DNA of 64,000 nucleotides from an uncultured Thermoplasmata archaeon (GCA_963696985.1 CAVOMG010000001.1:299024-363023), one strand, 5' to 3'. Shown: positions 44,583-54,113, counted from the stretch's first letter. Notes: generated by a model not told the origin, from the sequence alone. Program-made: numbers and translations.

Positions 44583-44908
44583 AACGATTGCCGATCCTAT
44601 GCGAGGAAGTTCCCGATCGAGCGCTGGCCGTGGTGCCGGATGAAACGACAACCCTACTCCCCTTATCACGGATCGCCGGAGAGTTCGCGGTCGGGATCCG
44701 TGGGCTCCCCGTCGGACGGACGGCTCGGCTCAGTGGTATGCAACAGTAAGACTCACCGACGCCGCGCTTGGCATCGAGGCTTCGAACCCCTCAAGACCCG
44801 TTGCCTCAATCCGGATCAAATCGCGGCGATGGATCTGGGTAAGCTAGACCGAGCCTTCTACCTTGAACGAACGACGTTCGCAGGGGATCCGTCGATCGTC
44901 GTGATCGT

Positions 44909-44922
44909 CAGCCACTGGAGGG
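44909..44922 (-). repeat. att-like copy of the tRNA-Thr 3' end
   Basis: CAGCCACTGGAGGG, identical to 47817-47830. Confidence 0.85.
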
Positions 44923-45110
44923 CATCCCGGAATTGTTCTTATCCCCTGAATCCTGCCCCGGGCGGTTTCGGAACGCGAGCCAGGAGGCGTGGGCCGGACC
45001 TTGGGTCCGGCCCTCGAGCAGCCGATCAGGGTTTCGGGACCGAGACCGACGGCGACCGTATGTCGTAGATACTCCTTATTACTCCAAGTAACATGGGTAC
45101 TATTACGACC

Positions 45111-45347
45111 ATGCCGAAAGCAGTCGTGGAACTCTCGGAGCATGCCAACCGAGTCGTCAACGTGGTCAAAGCCCGAGACGGCCTCAAGGGCAAGTCCGAA
45201 GCCCTCGAGAGCATCGTTGCGGCCTACGAGGAGAGGATCCTCGAACCATCTCTGCGCCCGGGGTTCCTCGAGGAGTTGCAACGAGTTCGCAGGGGCAATT
45301 TCCGCAGAATCGATTCGTTAGACCAGGTTCTGGGTGGGACCCGTTGA
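45111..45347 (+). CDS. antitoxin (DUF2683-like)
   Basis: MPKAVVELSEHANRVVNVVKA..KSEALE..EPSLRPGFLE; coupled to a RelE gene. Confidence 0.8.
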   Translation: MPKAVVELSEHANRVVNVVKARDGLKGKSEALESIVAAYEERILEPSLRPGFLEELQRVRRGNFRRIDSLDQVLGGTR

Positions 45348-45613
45348 GGTGGAACCTCGAGGTCTCCCCTGAGTTCGAGGAAGACTATCGGAAGCTTTGC
45401 GGCCGTAACGCCGGTGTCAAACGCGCTGTCGATTCCAAGGTGCGACAGATTCTCGCGGCTCCTCTTCACTACAAGCCCCTTCGCGCTCCGCTGCAAGGCA
45501 TACGGAGGGTTCACATCGCAAGCGTCTACGTTCTGCTGTTCGAGCCAGTCCCGGCCCAGCACTCGGTTCGTTTGCTACGCTTAGCCCATCATGATGAAGC
45601 GTACGGGATTTAG
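45344..45613 (+). CDS. relE: RelE/ParE family toxin
   Basis: FEEDYRKL, YKPLRAPLQGIRRVHI, HHDEAY. Confidence 0.88.
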   Translation: MRWNLEVSPEFEEDYRKLCGRNAGVKRAVDSKVRQILAAPLHYKPLRAPLQGIRRVHIASVYVLLFEPVPAQHSVRLLRLAHHDEAYGI

Positions 45614-45897
45614 TAAGGGGAAGGGGGGGTTACAAAATACCCTGCCTCGAAAAGGATGAGGGCCCGTTTCGGGGAGGGGGTCTTAGAAAAGGTGAGCCTA
45701 GTTAGAAGGGTTCAGGCTGGGAGGACAGGCAGAGACTCTCCCTCCCCGTGCCCTGAACTCGTTCAAAGATTCAAAATACATTTAGGCAACGCGGACCACC
45801 GCGCGGCTTCGACGAGATCGAAGCGCGGGAACGACGACCCCGGACCCGCCGGCCCATTCGGGTCACCACGTTCAATTCAGCGCGACCGGGTTTTCGC

Positions 45898-46872
45898 TTA
45901 GGACACAGCGCTCGAGGGTGCCGCGGAGGAGTAGTCGACGCCGGAGACCTTGACGACGGCCTGCCACGCGGCTTCCTGGTTGGCGCGATCGTGAAAGTGC
46001 GGGTGGCGCATCGCTTCGATTGGGCCTGTGAGCTTCTTCGGCGCCGAGGCGAAGAATTGGCCCGAGACGTCGGTTCCGAACTCCGATGCCTGGAGGTAGC
46101 GACGAGCCGCGGTCTCCGGCGTATGAGACATGCCGGGGATGTGCTTTGACAGCGGGATCAACAGCCACTTCGTGGCCCCCCGAGCGTTCCGCACCGCCTG
46201 GGTGTCGGGCGCGGCACCGGGCGAGACGGCATATACAGCCATGCCGGAGGGTAGGCGACGCGCCAGTGCAGCGGCCCACCAAGCGATGATGAGCTTCGCG
46301 TCAGCGAACGCCAGGTTGGGCCGGTACTTCACGTTCGGCCCGCCGCGCAACAGGGCTTCCACGGCGGCAATTCGGTCACCCTGGTGATGAGTGGCCGCGA
46401 GGGCCGCGACGTCGGTGTAGCTGAACATAGGTACGTCCCCTCGGGCAGCTTCCGAGCCAGCGATAACTATCCGCGCGCTGGGGCTAAGCAGGTTGGCGCG
46501 GAGCAACCCCACGGTCAGTTGATGATGGCCGATCAGTGGGGCCTGAGCCGCCTCAATTCCCTTCACGGTGACCAGACGCTCCTTGCCGCCGAGCATCCCC
46601 GCATTGAGCAGAAGAAAATCGATCGGTCGACCTAGCTTGACCAGCTCAGTTAGAGCGGACTGAACGCTTGTCGGCGAACCCAAATCCAGCTCCAGCGGCG
46701 TGAAGACCTGTTTGTTTGTTTCAGCTGCGAGCTGAGAGGCCGTTTCCCGGACCCGGGCCAGGGTGCGGCCCGTGACAATGACCTGGCGGCAGCCCCCGGC
46801 GGCGAGCATACTGGCTGCCGCATAACCGAGCCCGGAGGTGGTGCCGGTAACGAGAGCGATCGAATGTTTCAT
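45898..46872 (-). CDS. short-chain dehydrogenase
   Basis: LVTGTTSGLG, LLLNAG, VSPG. Confidence 0.88.
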   Translation of the reverse strand: MKHSIALVTGTTSGLGYAAASMLAAGGCRQVIVTGRTLARVRETASQLAAETNKQVFTPLELDLGSPTSVQSALTELVKLGRPIDFLLLNAGMLGGKERLVTVKGIEAAQAPLIGHHQLTVGLLRANLLSPSARIVIAGSEAARGDVPMFSYTDVAALAATHHQGDRIAAVEALLRGGPNVKYRPNLAFADAKLIIAWWAAALARRLPSGMAVYAVSPGAAPDTQAVRNARGATKWLLIPLSKHIPGMSHTPETAARRYLQASEFGTDVSGQFFASAPKKLTGPIEAMRHPHFHDRANQEAAWQAVVKVSGVDYSSAAPSSAVS

Positions 46873-46930
46873 ACAAGCCTTTTTCATCCTCAGGAAGTAT
46901 TTCGTCTTTATGGACCGTAACGTCTCGAAA

Positions 46931-47545
46931 ATGGTGAACAGCTCCTATGACCAACTCGGAGAAGGACCCCGGAGAAGACGGGGTCGTCCCAGGAGCGAGG
47001 CCAGCCGAGCGGCGATCCTCTCGGCCGCCCTGTTCCTGGTAGGGGAGATGGGATACGGAAAGGTGACTTTGGAAAGGATTGCCAGCCATGCCCGGGTCGG
47101 TAAGCAGACGATCTACCGATGGTGGGACTCGCGGGCGAGCCTCATGTCAGAGGTCGTTCGAGAACTGGCCCTCGAGAAGGTCCAAGACCGGGACTTGGGT
47201 TCCCTTCGGAGCGATCTTGAGCATTTCATAGGCGCGGGGTTCGACTTTCCGCTCGACGTTCCTCAGGTGCCAGCGCTCCTTCAGGGCCTCATGGCCGAGG
47301 CCCAATTCGACCCTGATTTTCACAAGCGGCTTCTTCGCGAGCTGCTCGAACCTCGTAGGGCAGCCATGCGGGCCGTGTTAGAGCGTGCGCGTTCACGAGG
47401 GGACTTGCGCCGGACCATTGACATAGAGCTTGTAATCGACATAGTCCACGGGGTCCTTTGGTACAACCTTCTCGCCACCCGCCGTCCCCTAACTCGGCGA
47501 GTGGCTCGAAACCTTGCAGAGGTGATCGCCCGAGCGTCAACATGA
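46931..47545 (+). CDS. TetR/AcrR regulator, divergent from the SDR gene
   Basis: RGRPRSE, TLERIASHARVGKQTIYRWW. Confidence 0.93.
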   Translation: MVNSSYDQLGEGPRRRRGRPRSEASRAAILSAALFLVGEMGYGKVTLERIASHARVGKQTIYRWWDSRASLMSEVVRELALEKVQDRDLGSLRSDLEHFIGAGFDFPLDVPQVPALLQGLMAEAQFDPDFHKRLLRELLEPRRAAMRAVLERARSRGDLRRTIDIELVIDIVHGVLWYNLLATRRPLTRRVARNLAEVIARAST

Positions 47546-47817
47546 CCTTCGTTCTCGCCTATCTTCGCCGACAATCACCCTAGACCGGCAGAACAGCCCG
47601 CTCGTCCAAGCGAGGCGCCTGCCCGTGCCCGTCGTGAAGGTCCCACGAGCCAATCTACGTCCTTTGGCTCTAGGTGCGGCCCGAGTAACCTGACGAGGTC
47701 CGGGAGTGCCGTTTGAGAAGGCACCCGTTTTGGGACGCAACACTTTTCAGGATTCTCCCCGAAGGGCCGACTGAAATGTTGAGGGTTCCTCTCTGGAGCG
47801 CCCAGGAGAATCGGGCC

Positions 47818-47891
47818 AGCCACTGGAGGGACTTGAACCCCCGACCTGCTGATTACGAATCAGCCGCTCTGCCAGACTGAGCTACAGTGGC
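47818..47891 (-). tRNA. tRNA-Thr(CGT)
   Basis: GCCACTG acceptor, GCTGA-TTCGTAA-TCAGC anticodon arm, GTTCAAG T-loop. Confidence 0.97.
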
Positions 47892-47952
47892 GCTGCGCCG
47901 GCACGAGAAACCCGCGCTCTTAATCTCTCGGCCCCGAGCGCGGCCCCCGGGT

Positions 47953-48462
47953 TCACTCCGGGCCGAGCATCCGGATCCGGTGCGGGCCGCGGATCTCCTC
48001 GAGGTATTCGGCCACGGCCGTGGGGACGAACGGCTTCCATGGGATCTCCTCGAGGATCGCCGAACGGATCTTCAGGCCCTGGAGGGACTCGCGCCCGAAG
48101 AGCGGGGTCGACTCGACCGCGATCGATTCCCGCTCGAAGAGCTCGCGGGTGAGGGGGTTGTTCGTGTAAACCCGGTCGAACGGGGGGACGATCTCGCGGA
48201 CGTGGGCCGCCCAGAGCGCGTGGCGGTCGATGTCCGGGATCGGGACCGTTAGGCAGTCGGCGAGATGGTCCTCGGCGGCCGCCCGAGCGATCATCTCGGC
48301 CCTTTCCGCCGCCGTGAACGGGTTCTCCGGAGTGAACGACTCCTCCGAGCTACCGATCCCGAGCAGGAGGGTCTCGCTCGGGTGGAGCTTTCGGATGTAC
48401 CGGGCGACCTCGAGGTGGCCCAAGTGGAACGGTTGGAAGCGCCCGATCAATAGACCGCGCAC
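47953..48462 (-). CDS. nadM: nicotinamide-nucleotide adenylyltransferase
   Basis: GRFQPFHLGH, GIGSS, NPFTAAER, TNNPL. Confidence 0.93.
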   Translation of the reverse strand: MRGLLIGRFQPFHLGHLEVARYIRKLHPSETLLLGIGSSEESFTPENPFTAAERAEMIARAAAEDHLADCLTVPIPDIDRHALWAAHVREIVPPFDRVYTNNPLTRELFERESIAVESTPLFGRESLQGLKIRSAILEEIPWKPFVPTAVAEYLEEIRGPHRIRMLGPE

Positions 48463-48482
48463 CCTGCCCTCCCCCGTGCTCG

Positions 48483-48707
48483 CTAGTCGGGCGAGAGGTC
48501 TTCGACGTCCTCGATGAACTCGTCGATATGGGGACAGGCCGAGGTCAGGTAGAGCCGGCAGTGCCGGCATCGGGTGTCGTCGGAGGAGCGCGGCAGCGAC
48601 TTGTTGAAGGTGTAGCAGGGCCGGCCCATGAACTTCGACTCGTCCTCCTCTTCCGAGGGAGGGCGTACGGGCGCGTAGTGGGCCGGGAGACGGATCGACG
48701 CCCTCAC
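48483..48707 (-). CDS. small Cys-rich protein coupled to lonB
   Basis: GTGA overlap with the lon stop; C..CRHC..CPH motif, acidic tail. Confidence 0.75.
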   Translation of the reverse strand: MRASIRLPAHYAPVRPPSEEEDESKFMGRPCYTFNKSLPRSSDDTRCRHCRLYLTSACPHIDEFIEDVEDLSPD

Positions 48708-50740
48708 GACCCCGCCGGCTGAGCCGGAGGGGCCGCGATCCCGCCGGACGGCTCGATCCGGCTCGTGGCGTGCACCATCGCGGCCAAGCGCTCGAGGAGG
48801 GATTCCTTTTCGCGGCCCTGCCCGACCAACGCATACTTCAGGACATCCCGCAGGGTCCGCACCGGGATCACCTCGATCGCGTGGCGGTAGCGCGTCTCCA
48901 GGACGAGGTCCGCCAGATTGTCCTCGGGGACGAGGACCCGCTTGAGGCCCGAATCGGCCGCGGCCTCGACCTTGGCCGTGACCCCCCCGACGGGTAGGAC
49001 CTGTCCGCGGACCGAGAGCGAACCGGTCATCGCGACCGACTGGTCGACCGGCACCCCCTCGAGGGCGCTGATCACCGCGGTCGCGATCGAGACCGAGGCG
49101 CTGTCCCCCTCCACCCCGTCGGAGGTCCCCACGAACTGGATGTGGATGTCGTAGCTCGAGATGTCCGCACCCGTGTACTTCTTGATGAGGGCGGTCACGT
49201 TCTGGACCGCCTCGCGGGCGATCTCCCCGAGTTTCCCGGTCGCCACCACGACCCCGCCGTTCCGGGTCTGAGCCGGAGTGACCTCGGCGACGATCGGGAG
49301 CACGATCCCGGAGAATTCCGACATCCCGGACTGGGCGTTGATCGCGGCGAGGCCGTTCACGATGCCCACTGCGGCGCCCTCGACCTTGAACATCCGGTAC
49401 TCCTTGCGGCGCTCGATGTACCGGTCCGCGATCTGCTGCTCGAGGGATCGGCTCGATCGCTTGGCCCGGAACACGTGCTCCGCGGTCACGATGCGAGCGG
49501 CGTCGGAGTTCGCGAGGTCCCCCGCGACGCGGACGAGGCCGCCGAGCTCGCGGAGGCGCAGGGTGAGCTGACCGGAGCGGCCGGCCCGCCGCTGGGCCTC
49601 CCGGAGGACTTCGGCGACGGCCCCCATGTCGAAGTGGGCGATCTTCTTGTCCTTCGCGACCTCCTGGGCAACGAAGCGGACGATCTTCATCCGGTTCTCC
49701 GGGATGTCCGGCATCGTGGTCTTGACGTAGACCTCGTAGCCGTACCCCCGGATCCGCGAGCGGAGCGCCGGGTGCATCGCCTGGACGCTGTCGACGTTCC
49801 CGGCGGCGACGAGGACGAAGTCCGCCGGCACCGGCTCCGTCTTGACCATGGCGCCGGCCGAGCGCTCCGACTGGCCGACGATCGGGAACCTTCGCTCCTG
49901 GAGGGTCGTGAGGAGCGAGTGCTGGCTCTCGATCTTCAGGAGGTTGATCTCGTCGACGAAGAGGACCCCGCCGTTTGCCTTGTGGATGGCCCCGACCTCG
50001 ACGCGCTCATGGGGCGGCGTCTCGAGCCCGCCTGACTGGAACGGGTCGTGCTTCACGTCGCCGAGGAGTGCCCCGGCGTGGGCGCCCGTGGCGTCGATGA
50101 ACGGCGGACGGTCGTCGGGCGTGTGCGAAACCAGGAGCTTCGCCACACCGTTCCCCGAGTCGGACCGGCCGCCGGAGAGGCGCGCGAAGACGTAGATCAC
50201 GAGGACGATCAGGAGAGCGACGAGGATCGCGGTCGGGTCGTGGCCCGGGGTGCTCCAGACGATGTAGAGGGCGAAGCCGAAGATCACGAGCGCGGCGAGG
50301 ATCACGAGGATCATCCGCTGCTCCTTCCGCTGGGCGACCTCGAGCTTCTGGGCCGCAACGATCTCCTTCCCTTTCCCGGACGGGACGACCCGGATCTTCG
50401 GCTCGTTCGGGTCGTCGGTGTTGGGGTAGGCGAGGATATCCTGGAGCTGCTCCTTGGGGAGGAAGTCGACCATCGACCGGGCGAGCATGCTCTTCCCGGT
50501 GCCGGGCTCCCCGATCAGGAGCATGTGGCGCTTCTGGGTCGCCGCCTTCTTGGCGACCTCGACCGCCTCGTCCTGACCGATGACCTGGTCGAGGAGCCTC
50601 GGCGGGACCTCGACCTGGGCGGTCGTTTCGTACGGAAGCTGCTTCGACCAGGCGTCGAGCTCCGCGGAAGGGTCGACGCTGGGCCCTTCCGCCTTCGGCT
50701 TCTCGGAAGGGGAGTCCGTAACTGCCTCTCTTTCGCCCAC
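48704..50740 (-). CDS. lonB: ATP-dependent protease LonB
   Basis: [10 protein letters not shown] hairpin, [15 protein letters not shown] (Ser), GGVTAK (Lys). Confidence 0.97.
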   Translation of the reverse strand: MGEREAVTDSPSEKPKAEGPSVDPSAELDAWSKQLPYETTAQVEVPPRLLDQVIGQDEAVEVAKKAATQKRHMLLIGEPGTGKSMLARSMVDFLPKEQLQDILAYPNTDDPNEPKIRVVPSGKGKEIVAAQKLEVAQRKEQRMILVILAALVIFGFALYIVWSTPGHDPTAILVALLIVLVIYVFARLSGGRSDSGNGVAKLLVSHTPDDRPPFIDATGAHAGALLGDVKHDPFQSGGLETPPHERVEVGAIHKANGGVLFVDEINLLKIESQHSLLTTLQERRFPIVGQSERSAGAMVKTEPVPADFVLVAAGNVDSVQAMHPALRSRIRGYGYEVYVKTTMPDIPENRMKIVRFVAQEVAKDKKIAHFDMGAVAEVLREAQRRAGRSGQLTLRLRELGGLVRVAGDLANSDAARIVTAEHVFRAKRSSRSLEQQIADRYIERRKEYRMFKVEGAAVGIVNGLAAINAQSGMSEFSGIVLPIVAEVTPAQTRNGGVVVATGKLGEIAREAVQNVTALIKKYTGADISSYDIHIQFVGTSDGVEGDSASVSIATAVISALEGVPVDQSVAMTGSLSVRGQVLPVGGVTAKVEAAADSGLKRVLVPEDNLADLVLETRYRHAIEVIPVRTLRDVLKYALVGQGREKESLLERLAAMVHATSRIEPSGGIAAPPAQPAGS

Positions 50741-50759
50741 GGAACTCCGTCGGAGTTCC
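50741..50759 (-). promoter_or_regulatory. perfect inverted repeat in the lonB leader
   Basis: GGAACTCCG-T-CGGAGTTCC directly before the GTG; TTTATA (minus strand) at about 50785-50790. Confidence 0.65.
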
Positions 50760-50957
50760 TGGCAATAAATCAAGGGGGGCGCCCTATAAATGATTTGGTC
50801 CCTAAATTCTGTGATGGACCGCCGGCAGCGTCCCGGTGCGACGGCCTGACCGCCGATCCCGCCGTCCCTTGACCCCCGGTAGGTCTCCGGCCTCCCGCCA
50901 TCGAATCGACTCGGCCGGGCCGTTATTACGCCGACCTCGTTCGCGAAGCGGGTTCGC

Positions 50958-51844
50958 ATGACCGAGCGCTTGGACGGTCGGCCCGTGGCGGACCGGATGT
51001 TGGAGGCGGTCCGGACCCGTCTCGAATCCTCCCCCGATCGGCCGGCCTGCCTCGCGAGCGTCCACCTCGGCGCGCCCACCCCGTTTTCGGTCTACCTACG
51101 GAGGCAGGAACGGGCCGCCGAGAAGGTCGGCATCCGGTTCCGTTCCGAGAGTCTCGGACCCGCCCCCACCGCCGAGCGGCTGCTCGAGCGGGTCCGCGCG
51201 CTCGATTCGGACCCTTCGGTCGACGCGGTCCTCGTGGAGCACCCGATGCCCGAGGTCCTCGATTTCCCCACGGCCGTCGCAGCCCTGCGCCCTGAGAAGG
51301 ACGTCGACGGGGTCGGACCCGCGAACCTTGGCCGAATGGTCGGCTTCCGACCGGCCCATGTCCCCGCGGTGGCGCGGGCCGCCCTCGAGATCCTAAAGTT
51401 CTACCGAATACCCGTCGCGGGTCGACGCGTCGCCGTGCTCGGCCGTTCGGGAACGGTCGGCCTCCCGATCGCCCTCCTCCTGCTCGCTCGGGGCGCTACC
51501 GGGGACGCGACCGTTACGGTCGCCCACTCGAGGACGCCCGACCTCGCGGTGGCGCTCGCCGGCGCCGAGGTCATCTTCAGCTGCGCGGGGCGGCCCGGGC
51601 TCCTCGACCGGTCAATCGTCCCGAAGGGCGCTTGCATCGTCGACGTCGGGCTCTCCATGGTGCCCGACCCCGCGAAGCCGGGGCCCTGCGGGGAGTGGGG
51701 GATGCGAACGCGGAAGCCCTTGACGGGTGGGCCAGCGCGATCACGCCGGTTCCGGGCGGGGTGGGCCCGGTATCGGTCGCGGCGCTCATGCTCGGGGTCG
51801 CGGAGGCGCACGCCCATCCGGGTCCCGGACGGTCGCCATGGTGA
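50958..51844 (+). CDS. folD: methylene-THF dehydrogenase/cyclohydrolase (frameshift near 51685)
   Basis: [38 protein letters not shown]. Confidence 0.93.
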
Positions 51845-52191
51845 AGCGGGCGCCCGCCCAGACGGCCGTCCAGGCGGTCCCCTTGCATTGCCGTGACTGT
51901 CCCATGTGGTACGGGGCCGAGGATCAGGGGTGGGGCCCCTGCTCGATCAAGAACCGCCGCCACGACGAGCGGTTCCTGACCTACGGGGGCCACGAATGCG
52001 ACGAGGGCTACCGGCCACCGCCGGGCACGGTCGGCCGGGCCGGGTCGTTGAGCGGCATCCGCTCGACCTCGAGCGCATCCGCGGTCGGATACTCCTCGAT
52101 CTCGAAGGCCGGCAGGTCGAGACGGCGGGCGACCCGCCGGAGCGGACGGGGACCGAGCTCGATCCGTCGCCGGACCCGGTCGACTCGGTAA
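51838..52191 (+). CDS. small Cys-rich protein
   Basis: CRDC..WGPC..HEC; start overlaps the folD end, tail overlaps the convergent gene. Confidence 0.55.
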   Translation: MVKRAPAQTAVQAVPLHCRDCPMWYGAEDQGWGPCSIKNRRHDERFLTYGGHECDEGYRPPPGTVGRAGSLSGIRSTSSASAVGYSSISKAGRSRRRATRRSGRGPSSIRRRTRSTR

Positions 52192-53141
52192 TCCGACGCC
52201 CCGATCCCCGCGAGCCTCGCGATCCTTCGGCCCGCCCGGTCGAGGTCAGCCCCGGCCGGGGCCTCCACGATACCGAGGAGGAGCGTCCCCTCCCCGGTGG
52301 AAACGGCGAACGACGGGGCCGTCCGCTCGATCCGCCGTAGAAGTCGTCGCTTGAGCTGCACGCCATCCTTGAACCTCGAGGAGCAGTAGTGGATCGGGAG
52401 CGTCCCTTGGGTCTCCCGCACGAGCCGCTCCGCGATCTCGCGACTGCCCGCGACCCCCCATCCGCCCCGGCGGTCGAGGGCGTAGCCCCGTTCGTAGAGG
52501 TTCGACTCGTTCGTCTCGGAGAATTCGAGCTCGTTCAGATTCACGAAGTCGACGCCGATCTCTCCGAGCGTGTGCAAGAGATGTCGGAGCTCCCCCTCCT
52601 TTCCGGGAAGCACCGGGATCTCGACGCCCCGGCGGATCCCCCAGGACGGAGCCTCCTCGAGGACCGACCGGTACGCCCCGCCCCGGGAGGCGAGTGGCCC
52701 CCAGAGGTAGTGCGGGATGTGGAGCCGGAACTCGTCGAGGCCCGCCGTGGCGAGCCGCTGGAGCTTCTCCGCGTTCGGTTCGTGGGTGTAGAGGTGGATG
52801 TGGTGGGACGGACCGAACTCTCGCTTGAGGAGCTCCACGTAGTGGACGGTCCGGTCGATCACCCCGAGCGGGTCCCCCCCGGTGATCCCGGTCCCACTCG
52901 CCCCGATCGACCGAGCCTCCTCCAGGACGTCCGAGTCCGAGAGGACCCGACGCTCGTTCGCGTAGGCGACATCGATCTGGTTGCGGCGCTCGGAGACCGG
53001 GCAGTAGAAACAACGGAACCGGCAGAGACCCGTCACGAAGAGGACCATCTTCTTTCCCTCCGAGCACTGCGTGCACGCGGGCGACATCGGCCCGCGGTAG
53101 GACGAGGCCATCGGCAGGAGGTGGAGCCTCGGATCGGGCAT
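52008..53141 (-). CDS. archaeal radical SAM protein (PFL-activase related, uncharacterised)
   Basis: CTQC, CRFRCFYC, ITGGDP, HIHLYT, NLNELE, EEYPTAD. Confidence 0.9.
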   Translation of the reverse strand: MPDPRLHLLPMASSYRGPMSPACTQCSEGKKMVLFVTGLCRFRCFYCPVSERRNQIDVAYANERRVLSDSDVLEEARSIGASGTGITGGDPLGVIDRTVHYVELLKREFGPSHHIHLYTHEPNAEKLQRLATAGLDEFRLHIPHYLWGPLASRGGAYRSVLEEAPSWGIRRGVEIPVLPGKEGELRHLLHTLGEIGVDFVNLNELEFSETNESNLYERGYALDRRGGWGVAGSREIAERLVRETQGTLPIHYCSSRFKDGVQLKRRLLRRIERTAPSFAVSTGEGTLLLGIVEAPAGADLDRAGRRIARLAGIGASDYRVDRVRRRIELGPRPLRRVARRLDLPAFEIEEYPTADALEVERMPLNDPARPTVPGGGR

Positions 53142-53310
53142 CGCCGAGGACCGGACGGCCCGCCCATTTAGGGTTGTCTACACGACCGGGGCGACGGTCG
53201 GCCGGGCATCACCGACCCCGCCCTCCAGGCGGTTACTCGGAGGCCACCGCCGAGGGGCAGGTTCAAATGCTACACCCGTCTGCCCGCGTACCGATCCGAG
53301 GTCCGCTTCG

Positions 53311-54075
53311 ATGGAGATGCAACCAGGCCAGATGGCGTACGACCGGGCAAGCACCGTCTTTTCACCCGATGGGCGGCTCTTCCAGGTGGAGTACGCCCTG
53401 CAGGCGATCCAGATGGGCGGGACGGCGGTCGCCGTCACCTACGACTCCGGGATCGTCTTCGTGGCGTACCGGAACCTGCCGGTCAGTAGCCTCGCGGAGT
53501 CGGGCTCGATCGAGAAGAGCTTCGCCATCGACCCCGGCCTCGGCTGCGTCACGGCGGGGCTGATCGCCGACTCACGGGTCCTCGTGGAGTTCCTGCGCCT
53601 CGAAGCCCAGCGCCACCGGATCACCTTCGGGGAGGCGGCCCCCTACACCCTCCTCGGCCATACCCTCGGGACCCACCTCCAACAGTTCACCCAGTTCGGC
53701 GGAACGCGACCGTTCGCGGTCTCGCTCCTCCTGGGTGGGTTCGCCTCCGACGGCGGCCCAGGGCTCATCGAGCTCGACCCGAGCGGGGCCACGATCGGCT
53801 GGAAGGCCTACGCCATCGGCCGGAACCGGCGGGCCGTCGCCGACTTCCTCGAGGAGAAGATCACCGCGAGCCGTTCTGAGGAGTCCGCCTTCAAGCTCGC
53901 CGTCCAGGCCGTCGCCGAGGGCTCCCCGACGCCGTTCCCCGCCGAGGCGCTCGACGCCGCCATCCTCGAGCCGGAGAAGGACCTAAGGCGCCTCGTGCCG
54001 ACCGAGGTCGCTCGGCGCGTCTCGGGCCTGCCGTTCATCGGCCCGAGCGAGCGGGCGAACAAGCCCGCGAAGTAG
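53311..54075 (+). CDS. psmA: proteasome alpha subunit (divergent)
   Basis: YDRASTVFSPDGRLFQVEYA, AGLIADSR, TQFGGTRPF, DPSG, AIGRN. Confidence 0.9.
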   Translation: MEMQPGQMAYDRASTVFSPDGRLFQVEYALQAIQMGGTAVAVTYDSGIVFVAYRNLPVSSLAESGSIEKSFAIDPGLGCVTAGLIADSRVLVEFLRLEAQRHRITFGEAAPYTLLGHTLGTHLQQFTQFGGTRPFAVSLLLGGFASDGGPGLIELDPSGATIGWKAYAIGRNRRAVADFLEEKITASRSEESAFKLAVQAVAEGSPTPFPAEALDAAILEPEKDLRRLVPTEVARRVSGLPFIGPSERANKPAK

Positions 54076-54113
54076 ACCGTTCGACCGCCACCCCCCGGGG
54101 TCGGTGGGGCCCC

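Larger units (their letters stand above)
43790..47830. mobile_element. tandem integrated islets at tRNA-Thr, no integrase seen
   Basis: Three exact 14-bp direct repeats of the tRNA 3' end bounding TA modules; lower GC. Confidence 0.7.

Noticed and set aside
46142..46149. CAGCCACT as another att copy
   Set aside because: Only 8 bp and inside the intact SDR reading frame; chance match
47546..47816. Integrase fragment next to tRNA-Thr
   Set aside because: No tyrosine-recombinase R..HxxR..Y motifs recognisable; a profile search would be needed to exclude a split-integrase remnant
43790..47830. CRISPR array from the repeated 14-mer
   Set aside because: Repeats are short, kilobases apart and derived from the tRNA; no cas genes or regular spacers in the window
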